From: Octopus bimaculoides
Taxonomy: Eukaryota
Direction: 5' to 3'
Assembly: GCF_001194135.2 (NCBI RefSeq)
Contig: NC_069002.1
Location: 5,869,694 to 5,901,917 of the forward strand
Length of the DNA stretch: 32,224 nucleotides
Shown here piece after piece: positions 21,169-32,224 of the stretch. The first letter of the stretch is position 1. Each line of letters starts with the position of its first letter. The notes beneath the pieces are model-generated. The model was not told the DNA's origin. It saw only the letters and a program-made list of their open reading frames with translations, and searched no databases. The position numbers and the translations under genes are program-made.

Positions 21169-22469
21169 TCAACTTTTTAAGGCTACCACTCAAAGATATT
21201 CAAGGTACCAGGTAGTTTCTTTACCACCATTACCACTTTGGGAAGGTTCTATGTAGCTGATCAAATTGCTGGAAATAACAGCTAAATTCCTTCAAATACA
21301 CATTATTATCTCTAAAAGAAAATGGTAGGATGCATTGCACAATGTAATTTCTGATGAACAGGATCTTTGGTTGTTGAGCTTCTTGGAGGTAGTGACAAGT
21401 GACCAAGACTTCTGGCTATTTGCTGTGCTTAGAAAGACACGTCAAGCCAAGGGAATTGTGGTCATTGCCAGTATCAGTGACACCTAAAAGGCACCCGTGC
21501 TAATGGCACACACAGAAAGTACCCGTGCCAGTGACATGTGACACGACTTAGGACACTCTGTAAAGTGGTTGGCATTAAGACGGGTATCCAGCTATAGAAA
21601 CCAAGCCAAAACAGATGACTGGAACCTGGTACAGCTTTCTGGCTTACACCAGCTCCAGCTGAACCACCTAACTCATGCCAGACATCGAAAACAGACATTA
21701 AATGATGATATGGGATGGTCATGATGCTAACACTGTTGATCAGAAACTCAGAGCAGACCTGATACCTGAGACAATTCTCAACAGATGAGCTTACATACTC
21801 TATATAGACTGTTGTTTTAACTCCAGGGCAGTCCTAATTCAGCAGGTGACTTGTGATTAAAGGGGTTCCAGTCATGACCATACCATCTGTTTTCCAGATG
21901 CAAAAAATCTACAACTACATTATCCTGTTTTTTTAATTAAGGTAGTAAAGTGTGATTTGAGGGCGGTAAGATCTGGCTGCTATTTCTAAACAGGCTGAGG
22001 AACCATACCATTTCTCTCAATAGCAATGTTCTACCTTTGAATGAGAGCATGTATCCTTGCCCCTTAAAGAGATACATGGCTACCCTACATTACATATAAA
22101 GGGTTGGATAGGAGCGTTATTACAAAAGAATGTTGTAATTAAAGAATTATCACATTAAATATTTATTATATCACAATTTACATAATTTACATAATTTGCA
22201 TAATTTATTCTGTACACAGTGAAACTAATGTTATTATATCTGAACATTTGAGAAAAAAAAAAAGATGATGTTTTGGCACTATGTGACATTAAAGCAGTTA
22301 TGATCATTAATTTTGCATGTTTGAATAACATTAAATTAATTAATTAATTGATTAATGTATATACATCTGCATGCATGCATGTAAGTTTAAGGCTGATTAG
22401 TGGAATCATTAGAACATTGGATGGAATCCCTTGCAGAATCTATTCTGGCTCACTGCAATCTGAGTTTAA

Positions 22470-22888
22470 CCCTTTAATATTTACGAGGAGCTGCTGAAAA
22501 TTTCCTGGCTTTAAGGGCATTGCAAAAGGCCTGATTGGAGGCCCAACCTTCCAAGTTCTTTTACAGGGCTTAGAAAAACTGAAGGACCAGTACAATGAGT
22601 GTGAATCTGAGAGGGGAATACGTTGAATAAAACCCTAATAAACTGATCCTCCTGTATTTTCTTTTACCCAAAGCCAGGAACTTTTCAGCACACCATTATA
22701 AACCAGGCTCAAATATTCTACCTTGAAAGAAGCCAGATCTAGCCTCTCACACCTACCCTACAATGTCATTCTAAAAATAAACACTGACATCATGGAAATC
22801 TCAAAGCTATGAGATAATGGATGATTAATTCGAAACAATGTGAACAAATAAGCATTACATTTGACGGAGAAATCTGAATGCTAAACGG
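22470..22888 (+). mobile_element. piggyBac-like MITE with a nested mariner MITE
   Basis: TTAA|CCCTTTA at 22466; the right part 22700-22888 is homologous to 17850-18050 and ends in TGCTAAACGG. Confidence 0.75.
22484..22698 (+). mobile_element. Mariner-derived non-autonomous element
   Basis: TIR core TGCTGAAAA(T/G)TTCCTGGCTTT at both ends, TA flanks (22482-83 and 22699-700). The interior encodes the mariner C-terminus GLEKLKDQYNEC/NLRGEYVE*. Confidence 0.85.
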
Positions 22889-23821
22889 TTGAAAGAACAC
22901 TGAGGTCAACTTTTGTTCATCTTTTCATGGATCAATAAGTCTAAGATGATAGATTGACAGACTTATTAGAGCATCGGTCAAAATAGTTTATCTGTTCTAG
23001 TTTTGTGCATTTTGAGTTCAAATCCCACCTCATGCCATCCTAACAAGAGAACAGCGACAGTTCTGCAATTGAAAACTAATAGAAATATAGTTATCTTGTT
23101 TTGATTAGAACATCAACTGTGCCCGCATCACACCATAGCGTATGTATACCACTCTTACACATGTATAAATTGTACTATTTCATACTTGATATTAACTGAA
23201 AAAAAAATAGCATTTTTAAATAACTTAATAAAACTGATGTGTGGCTTATCTACAGGGCAAAACTTAAAGTATGAAAGGAAAAACAAATTGTAACCAAATT
23301 TAACACTAAATAAGGGAAACTGCTTGTATGTGATTAAATACAGTTATCACATGCTCAGGCATTTTTCTGGTGAATACTTCTGAGTACCTTATTCTTAGAT
23401 TCCCTTTACTCTTGGACTACTTCCTTGGATTATGTAGACACCTTTACATTCCCTTGGAACACATCAATTCTTTACCATTGATTATATCCTTTTATATATG
23501 TATGTGTTGTATCTAGTCACATTGAGGTGGGTAGGACGTGTGGTATCGCGATCATTGCAATGAAAGGCTGCTGTCTACAGCTCCAAGAATTTCAGCCGTC
23601 AGAAACCAATGGAAACCATGTCTGACTATGCAGCGTTTCCAACAGAGGATGTAACCAGATGGCAGGAAGCAGGGAACTGCAACTGTTCCTGCCTATAGTG
23701 CACCTTCTTTGGTTTCAGGTGCACAAATGCAATGTGCATGTGTGCCCTCACATTTTGCATTGATAATTGTTGTTGATGTTGATTAATATCAGATCATCCT
23801 TCATTGGTAAACCTATGATTA

Positions 23822-23859
<38 letters not shown>

Positions 23860-24126
23860 TAGCCATGACCATCCACCCTTGTCTTTTTGTACCTCATGGA
23901 TTACACTACTTAAAGCACCTGTTCTTTATTGAGCTTTGTAATACCTGTTAATAAGCCTTGACACTTTAAATACCTAACTTTTACAAGAATAAGTATGCAA
24001 CAAAATTGCTGTAATATGGGCTGAACTCTAAGAATTCTTTAAGTTTGAGCAACATTATTACACGCAAGCAATTGGAACATTTGGTGATCGCTGTGATTTA
24101 TTGGCATTTAAAACACACACATACTA

Positions 24127-24161
<35 letters not shown>

Positions 24162-24404
24162 TAGAACAAGTGTGTTTGTGTATGTGCTTCTTTTTTCTTA
24201 CTTCTTTTCTCCCCCACCTTTTATCTTAATGCCCCGCCACCATCATACCCTACAAAAGGAATCCTATATACAGATGTGTATATATCATCATTTCTTCAGC
24301 TATAATTTGCCTGAAGATCCTATGCACTCACTTGTGGAACTCAGAATTGCAACAGGCTGACTCAACCAAACTAAAATATATATATATAAATGTATTTATT
24401 AAAT

Positions 24405-24438
<34 letters not shown>

Positions 24439-24448
24439 TTTCTTGCCT

Positions 24449-24620
24449 TTAACCCTCCAATGTGGAGTATAGGCCACTTATAATTGAATTCCATGTTGCA
24501 TAATTTCTCGCTTCTGTACTTATACTCTGCCATGAATATCCCCCTTTCTCTAGTTCCTTTTGTGTTGATCTACGCCACGAGTCCTTAGGCCTACCCCTTT
24601 TTCTATATCCATCCATAATT
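24449..24620 (-). mobile_element. RTE-type LINE 3' end fragment
   Basis: GYRKRGRPKDSWRRSTQKELEKGGYSWQSISTEARNYATWNSIISGL matches the RGRPK..W...W...A.DR..W C-terminal pattern of RTE-clade ORFs. Confidence 0.8.
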
Positions 24621-24761
24621 ATATTTAGGGAGCTAGGCAAAACACCTGTCTCCTGCATGATTGAAATTAATGTTGAGGCACTAAAAGACTACCATAAAAC
24701 TTCAAAAAAAGAAGTTTTGCAGTAGTTTTCATAAGGTTTTCCTAAATTCTTTTATTGCATT

Positions 24762-24951
24762 CAGTCATTTGATTGCAGCCATGCTGGAGCACCAGCTTTA
24801 GTTGAACAAATCGACCCCAGGACTTATTCTTTAGAAGCCTAGTACTTATTCTATCGGTCTCTTTTGCCGAACCGCTAAGTTACGGGAGGACGTAAACACA
24901 CCAGCATCGGTTGTCAAGCGTTGGTGGGGTGACAAAAACAGACACACAAAC

Positions 24952-24998
<47 letters not shown>

Positions 24999-25899
24999 NN
25001 NNNNNNNNNNNNNNNNNNNNNNNNNNNNNNNNNNNNNNNNNNNNNNNNNNNNNNNNNNNNNNNNNNNNNNNNNNNNNNNNNNNNNNNNNNNNNNNNNNNN
25101 NNNNNNNNNNNNNNNNNNNNNNNNNNNNNNNNNNNNNNNNNNNNNNNNNNNNNNNNNNNNNNNNNNNNNNNNNNNNNNNNNNNNNNNNNNNNNNNNNNNN
25201 NNNNNNNNNNNNNNNNNNNNNNNNNNNNNNNNNNNNNNNNNNNNNNNNNNNNNNNNNNNNNNNNNNNNNNNNNNNNNNNNNNNNNNNNNNNNNNNNNNNN
25301 NNNNNNNNNNNNNNNNNNNNNNNNNNNNNNNNNNNNNNNNNNNNNNNNNNNNNNNNNNNNNNNNNNNNNNNNNNNNNNNNNNNNNNNNNNNNNNNNNNNN
25401 NNNNNNNNNNNNNNNNNNNNNNNNNNNNNNNNNNNNNNNNNNNNNNNNNNNNNNNNNNNNNNNNNNNNNNNNNNNNNNNNNNNNNNNNNNNNNNNNNNNN
25501 NNNNNNNNNNNNNNNNNNNNNNNNNNNNNNNNNNNNNNNNNNNNNNNNNNNNNNNNNNNNNNNNNNNNNNNNNNNNNNNNNNNNNNNNNNNNNNNNNNNN
25601 NNNNNNNNNNNNNNNNNNNNNNNNNNNNNNNNNNNNNNNNNNNNNNNNNNNNNNNNNNNNNNNNNNNNNNNNNNNNNNNNNNNNNNNNNNNNNNNNNNNN
25701 NNNNNNNNNNNNNNNNNNNNNNNNNNNNNNNNNNNNNNNNNNNNNNNNNNNNNNNNNNNNNNNNNNNNNNNNNNNNNNNNNNAAATCCACTCACAAGGCT
25801 TTGGTCGTCCCGAGGCTATAGTAGAAGACACTAGCCCAAGGTGTTATGCAGTGAGACTGAACCTGGAACCACGTGGTTGGGAAGAAAGCTTCTTACCAT
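24762..25899 (-). mobile_element. SINE family A spanning an assembly gap
   Basis: Both halves present; N gap 24999-25782 lies in the internal (TA)n tract. Confidence 0.85.
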
Positions 25900-26133
25900 G
25901 AAATTTGTAATTTTTAAGTGATCTCATATGAGATCACTGGTAGGTAATGGGTTAAATATTGATTAAAAAACAAAACAAAACAAAGCTTTTTTTTTTTTTA
26001 AATCAATCTGAAGCCCTTTTGCTTAGCAGATATGAATTAATATTTTTTAGTTAATATCACAGAAAACAGTAATTAATTAAAGTTACAGGAGATATTAACA
26101 TATTATTCGGTTAATATTACAGGAGGGAATAAA

Positions 26134-26263
26134 GTGGTGAGTTGGCAGAATTGTTAGCAAAATGCTTAGTGGTTTTTTTACCATCTTTATGTTCTGGGTT
26201 CAAATTACACTGAGGTCACCTTTGCCTTTCATACTTTCTGGGTCGATAAAATAAGTACCAGTT
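26134..26263 (+). mobile_element. SINE family B, plus orientation
   Basis: gtggtgagttggcagaattgttagc...gggttcaaattac...tttgcctttcat...aagtaccagtt. Confidence 0.75.
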
Positions 26264-26465
26264 TGGTATCTATTTACTTATGATTGAGGATTCAGACAGT
26301 TTCTGTAGTCTCACTACCACGTTGTTGATACAATCATGCTATCCACCGTTGCCAAAGGCAACAGGGAGTCGGGAGTGTGCCAAAAAAAAAAAAAAAAAGA
26401 GAAGTAAAACAAATGAGAGAAACAAAAAAAAAAAAATAGATGATCTGCTCCCAATCCTGTATCAT

Positions 26466-26686
26466 AATATTAGTTTCAAATTTTGGCACAAGGCCAGCAA
26501 TTTCAGGGGAAAGGTGTAAGTCAACTACATCGACCCCAGTATTCAACTGGTACTTATTTTATCAACCTCTGAAAGGTTGAAAGGCAAAGTTAACCTCTGC
26601 AGGATTTGAACTCAGAATCTGAAGACAGACAAAATGCCACAAACATTTTGCCTGGCACAGTTACGACTCTGCTAGCTTGCTGTATT
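26466..26686 (-). mobile_element. SINE family B with 13-bp TSD
   Basis: Direct repeats AATCCTGTATCAT at 26453-26465 and 26687-26699. Confidence 0.85.
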
Positions 26687-26715
26687 AATCCTGTATCATT
26701 TCACTGCTATGTATA

Positions 26716-27040
26716 GGTACTCCTGGGTTATAATAATCACACATAGATACTCCTGTTCCACAGTACTTTCACATCTAGACACTCCTGTATCATAATATCA
26801 CAGGCAGATACTCCATTATATCGTAATAATATCACAGATAGATACGATATCCATAATATATCACATGCAGATATTCCTCTATCCCAATACTGTTACAGCT
26901 CGATACTCTTACGTCCTAAAACAATCATTTGCTGATACTCCTGCATAATGATAATATCGCAGTTAGATACTTGTGCATTATACAACCATCATATGTATAT
27001 ACTCTTGCATGAGAAACCTACCACAGTTACGTACTCCTGT
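26716..27040. repeat. Degenerate ~32-bp minisatellite-like array, 11 units
   Basis: GATACTCCTG-like anchors start at 26716, 26746, 26778, 26807, 26841, 26870, 26902, 26934, 26966, 26998 and 27030. Confidence 0.8.
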
Positions 27041-27137
27041 ATATATCTTCATCATTAGCATAATTTTATGTCTATTTCCATGCTGGCATGAGTTGGATGG
27101 CTTAACGGGATTTAGCCAGCTGTAGGGCTACGCCAAG

Positions 27138-27334
27138 CTCCAATGTCAGCTTTGGCAGGGCAAGTCGATTGCCTCAACCCCAGTACTCAACTGGTACTTA
27201 TCTTATGCCCCGCCGAAAGGAGGAAAAAAAAGTAAAGTTGACCATGGTGGAATTTGAACTCAGAATGTAAAAACAGACAAAATGCAGCTAAGCACTTTTT
27301 CCAGGTATGCTAATGATTCTTCCAGCTTGCTGCC

Positions 27335-27415
<81 letters not shown>

Positions 27416-27480
27416 CAATTTGAATTCAGAATGTAACAGCAGACGAAATACCGCTAAGCATTTGGCCAGGGTGCTAACAA
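27138..27480 (-). mobile_element. SINE family B plus a second fragment, separated by (GT)n at 27336-27410
   Basis: Family B blocks at 27138-27335 and 27415-27480. Confidence 0.75.
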
Positions 27481-27724
27481 TTATATTACCACAAACCCCA
27501 ATACTAACATTTTGTCAACAACAGAAGGTTTAAGGTTTAAGCCTAAGGATTAAGAAATCAAACTGCGAACGCAGAGAGGAAGTAATGCAACTAAATAATA
27601 CAACAAAAACATTTTCTTTTTCTTTATTTTGTTTCTCTGGCACTCCGACAGATTCCAATAATACACCATGGCTGTTGCAAATCCTACCCACTAGTTTCTT
27701 AATAGAAACTAGAAAACAAAACTG

Positions 27725-27764
<40 letters not shown>

Positions 27765-27919
27765 CATATATATGGTCGTGACATATTGCTTAATCCAAAT
27801 CTTTAAATATAGAGAATGCAAAGTGATTTTATAACCACTTGTACTTACCTTGCCTTGTATTAGAATAATACCGAGAACAAAAATTTATAGGTTAGTGTGT
27901 GTATGCATTTGTGTGTGTA

Positions 27920-27975
<56 letters not shown>

Positions 27976-29628
27976 TGTATGCATGTATGTATATTCTATG
28001 TGGAAATCCTATTGCCCACAATGCTTTTTGTTAAAAACTACACGCACACATATACGAAAGAAAAACAACAACAAAAGAAACAAGCAGAAACCCCATTCAT
28101 ATTTTAATTATAATGTTCAAAAATATTAATTAGTTTAAAGATAATATATTTAGCAACTTGAATGATTGCTGATTTTTAATGACATTGTGTGTGTGTGTGT
28201 GTGTATGTGCGTATAAACANNNNNNNNNNNNNNNNNNNNNNNNNNNNNNNNNNNNNNNNNNNNNNNNNNNNNNNNNNNNNNNNNNNNNNNNNNNNNNNNN
28301 NNNNNNNNNNNNNNNNNNNNNNNNNNNNNNNNNNNNNNNNNNNNNNNNNNNNNNNNNNNNNNNNNNNNNNNNNNNNNNNNNNNNNNNNNNNNNNNNNNNN
28401 NNNNNNNNNNNNNNNNNNNNNNNNNNNNNNNNNNNNNNNNNNNNNNNNNNNNNNNNNNNNNNNNNNNNNNNNNNNNNNNNNNNNNNNNNNNNNNNNNNNN
28501 NNNNNNNNNNNNNNNNNNNNNNNNNNNNNNNNNNNNNNNNNNNNNNNNNNNNNNNNNNNNNNNNNNNNNNNNNNNNNNNNNNNNNNNNNNNNNNNNNNNN
28601 NNNNNNNNNNNNNNNNNNNNNNNNNNNNNNNNNNNNNNNNNNNNNNNNNNNNNNNNNNNNNNNNNNNNNNNNNNNNNNNNNNNNNNNNNNNNNNNNNNNN
28701 NNNNNNNNNNNNNNNNNNNNNNNNNNNNNNNNNNNNNNNNNNNNNNNNNNNNNNNNNNNNNNNNNNNNNNNNNNTATATATATATATATACACACACACA
28801 CTGTGGATAGTCAATTGTAAATAGTGGATTGGCATGGTTAGCTGTGATTTAACACAAGTGACAAAATGATGGGGTGCTAGTTAACCCTTGGCTGTAAGCC
28901 TTGTTGCTGGTTTACGTTTTAATGTTTAATCACAAATCTGTTGAGCTTATAAATCTTTGTGAGACACGGTTATTTGTACTCTTATTGATAGATTGAGTAC
29001 ATTGGCGGAGGATTGAAATCAGGTACATTAAACAAGAGAAATGAGTACATGTCCACTGTTCAGAGAAACTGAAGATATACTTCCATGTATGTTACTCCTC
29101 ATGGTGGTTCAGAATAAGGGCCTGCTTCTCGGTGAAATGTACTTTTGCAATCCAGAAATTTTCAGCTCATTGTAACCTGTGTATTTTCATATTTTCTTGA
29201 TATTTTCAATTTGTTCAAGAATACTGTGTTGTTTTGCAGAAGTGTTTTGATATTTATATGTCTATTTTCACACTGGCAAGAACTATCCACAAGTGTAGAA
29301 ACAGATGCATTGAATTAACAAAAGCTGAATTGCGCATAAGAATATCCGAACGCTTCCACAAAGCAATGTTCTCCGGCACGGTATTCCAGGACAAGGCTCC
29401 CAGTTGCCTATTATTTTGTTGATACGTCAGCTTTGTCACTTTAAAGTAATTCACATTGTGCGCTAACAAGCAATCCACAATAAGGACATGTTACAAGAGA
29501 TGCACAAATACTCACAAAAACACATATACACACACGTGCACACAGATTATTTTATAAATGGAGTTATTATAACGTTCACATAATTGCACGTCATAAAAAT
29601 TTTAATGCATATATGTATTATAATAATA

Positions 29629-29771
29629 ATTATCATTATTTAAAACAGTTTCATTTGGTTCCATGTGACTTAAAGTTTCACGGGCCTCGAACAGAAGCCC
29701 ATTTTTTTAAGGTTTAAATTATCAAATCTTTAAGTCACATGGAGCAGAATGAAACAGTTTAAAATAATAAT
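29629..29771. repeat. Inverted repeat / foldback MITE-like element
   Basis: About 41-bp arms (inner 15 bp CCATGTGACTTAAAG perfect, about 5 mismatches outward) separated by a 52-bp spacer (29676-29727). Confidence 0.8.
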
Positions 29772-29869
29772 ACATGTACCTTTTACTATGTAAATATGTT
29801 GAGTGCGTTTTTTCACTCATTTGTCCACTCACTCATGTGTGTATGTGTATATATATTCTTTTATCATTT

Positions 29870-30049
29870 TATTTGTTTCAGTCATTTGACTGTGGCCATG
29901 CTGGAGCACCGCCTTTAGTCAAACAAATTGACCCCAGGACTTATTCTTTGTAAGCCTCGTCTTTAATCTATCGGTCTCTTTTGCTGAACCACTAGGTTAC
30001 GGGGACGTAAACACAACAACATTGGTTGTCAGGCAATGGTGGGGGACAA

Positions 30050-30082
<33 letters not shown>

Positions 30083-30087
30083 CATAC

Positions 30088-30119
<32 letters not shown>

Positions 30120-30263
30120 ACGATGGGCTTTTTTCACTTTCTGTCTACCAAATCCACTCACAAGGTTTTGGTCTACCCGAGGCTATAGTGGAAGACACTT
30201 GCCCAAGGTGCCACGCAGTGGGACTGAACCTGGAACCGTGTGGTTGGTAAGCAAACTACTTAC
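29870..30263 (-). mobile_element. SINE family A, full length
   Basis: cagtcatttgactgtggccatgctggagcaccgcc...(CA/TA)n...gtaagcaaactacttac. Confidence 0.85.
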
Positions 30264-31524
30264 TACAAAAAATGGAACAAGAATGTAACAGGCGACAACA
30301 AAACATCCAGACACTTAGCTGATACAAAAAAGGACAGGAAAAAACAAGGACAGGTCATTCAGAGCTTCATATCCTCAGTCAAGTTTCAGATCGTCTTTGC
30401 AGTTTCGGCCGGTGTATATATATATATACATATACATATATATATATCAATACAAACACACACATACACACAAACACACACATATGTATATATCCACGCG
30501 CACATACTTACATATAATTTGGTATGATTTGGGTTGCTTTTTAATTTGTAATATATATCTTGTTTCAATTTAGTATTTAGTTTAGTCTATTTCAATTTAA
30601 TTTAGTAAAACATTTTTCTTCTCTTTATTTTTCCTCACTTTTGTTTTTTTTTTCTGTTAAAGTTTTCAAAGTTTTGAAAATTTGAAATAATAATGATGAT
30701 GATGATAATAATAATAATAAAAATAATAATGGTAATAATAATAATATTATTATTATCGTCATCATTGTTGTTGTTGTTATGTTATATAAGCTGTTGTTTT
30801 AGAGGCTCAAGTTCACATATAAACACTGTATAGGTAGACATATAAAACATGCCAAGATCATAATGTGAACTACATGAATTGAGATATGAAAGCTAGAAGA
30901 GCAAATATAAAGATGCTATTTTTTTTTGTTTTTGTTTGTCTTTCTTTTTTTTTTCTTCTTTCTATCTTTTTTTTAAAATTTTTTTAAAATTATTTTTAAA
31001 CCCAATCCAACAGCATAGAATACCTGCTTGAAAAAAAATATTAAAAAAAAAAAAAAAANNNNNNNNNNNNNNNNNNNNNNNNNNNNNNNNNNNNNNNNNN
31101 NNNNNNNNNNNNNNNNNAAATTGATCCAGACATAAAAGTAGGTAGGGTAGAGAAATGGTGGTGGTGGTGGTGGTGGTGGTGGTGGTGGAGTGGTGGTACA
31201 GGTAGGGAAAGGGGGAAGAGTTGGTGGTGCGTAAACTTCCAACCGTTGTGGATGTAGTGTATGTTAGCAGTAATATATTATGCTAATAATGCAGAAAGCA
31301 TTAAAATGTTAACTACAGATAATTATGTGGTCAGTGAGATAAGTTAACATAATTAATTCAAAGCAGGGAATTATTTATTATAAAGCTAACAAGAAGTGAC
31401 TTGAGGGAGGAGAGAGAGAGAGAGAAAGAGTGAGAAAAGAGATATGTTAACATTAATGTATGTAACAGAAGGGAGTATTCTAAAGCTAAATAGATTAATT
31501 CAATTATGAGCTAAAACAGTTAGG

Positions 31525-31709
31525 TAGATAGACAGATAGATAGGTAGATAGACAGATGTTCAGACATAGATAGATATAGATAGATAGATAGATAGATGTA
31601 CAGACAGACAGATAGCTAGATAGACAGCTGTACTGACATAGATAAATAGATAGATAGATAGATGTACAGACATAGATAGATAGATAGATAGATAGACAGA
31701 TGTACAGAC

Positions 31710-31742
<33 letters not shown>

Positions 31743-31855
31743 CAGATAGATAGATAGAGAGATAAATAGACAGATGTACAGATATAGATAGATAGACAGA
31801 TGTACAGACATAGATTGATAGACAAACAGATAGGCAAACAAACAGACAGACAGAT
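31525..31855. repeat. Compound (GATA)n/(GACA)n microsatellite with a recurring gatgtacagaca unit
   Basis: Directly visible; source of the IYLS-rich ORFs. Confidence 0.9.
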
Positions 31856-32149
31856 AGATTGGTTGGTAGGCGAGAGGAAACCTATTTAATACAAGGGAAA
31901 AATTACTTGGTTAAACAGACAGATGGTTAATGTTAACATAATACATGGGCATGACGAATCTATCATCAAGAAATAACTATATCTTTGTTTTATCTATTTC
32001 AGGCATTAGAGCGTGGCCATGCTGGGGCACTGCCTTGAAGAAGTTTTAGTCAAATGAATTGACCCCTGTATTTATTCTATTGATCTTTTTGCCAAAGAAA
32101 AAAAGATTTTTAGCTAAACAAAAAAATATTTAGTCAGTGATTATTATCC

Positions 32150-32218
<69 letters not shown>

Positions 32219-32224
32219 ATAGTA

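Larger units (their letters stand above)
5716..31117. other. Eight scaffold gaps (N runs)
   Basis: 5716-5946, 7347-8169, 15698-16050, 18932-19231, 20291-20772, 24999-25782, 28220-28774 and 31059-31117. Most abut microsatellites, and exons could be hidden inside them. Confidence 0.99.

Noticed and set aside
23484-23492. U12-type AT-AC donor ATATCCTTT with a possible upstream exon
   Set aside because: About one such 9-mer is expected by chance in 32 kb of AT-rich DNA on two strands; no matching branch site or recognisable protein.
26716-27040. CRISPR array
   Set aside because: Eukaryotic intron/SINE context, anchors only about 10 bp and degenerate, no cas genes. Kept as a phased-array finding instead.
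1-30263. Strand bias of SINEs (15 minus vs 3 plus among clear family A/B copies)
   Set aside because: Several degraded plus-strand B-type fragments (about 12420, 12560, 13190, 23010) were not counted and would weaken the bias, and one window is too small a sample.
30275-30411. Hammerhead ribozyme on - (GCCGAAAC at 30402-30409 and CTGAGGA at 30372-30378)
   Set aside because: I cannot close stem II or stem I. Probably a truncated repeat fragment, not an intact ribozyme.
5405-31841. Long ORFs in the supplied track (X-, I-, L-, YI-, IYLS- or CV-rich)
   Set aside because: They span N gaps or microsatellites; no coding signal.

Overview
AT-rich, repeat-dense animal genomic DNA with 8 assembly gaps (about 3.6 kb of N). 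The SINE and MITE families look like those of coleoid cephalopods, most likely Octopus (inference). Two intron-containing genes are recognisable and lie tail-to-tail. On +, the last three coding exons of INPP5E (519-655, 1914-1960, 2543-2619) end in the CaaX box CAIQ. On -, a complete 61-aa mitochondrial ATP synthase subunit epsilon gene (ATP5F1E; exons 10331-10300, 7068-6938, 4124-4102) is largely missed by the ORF track. The rest is mostly tRNA-derived SINEs, decayed mariner fragments, piggyBac-, Tc1/pogo- and hAT-like MITEs, one Penelope-like and one RTE LINE fragment, and microsatellites. I found no convincing novel multi-gene system. The best unexplained signals are a duplicated ~88-bp structured element (15038-15124 and 16786-16873), an 11-unit ~32-bp phased motif array (26716-27040), a run of five adjacent hairpins (23566-23761), and unresolved exon-like islands at 11.5-15.3 kb and 29.0-29.5 kb.
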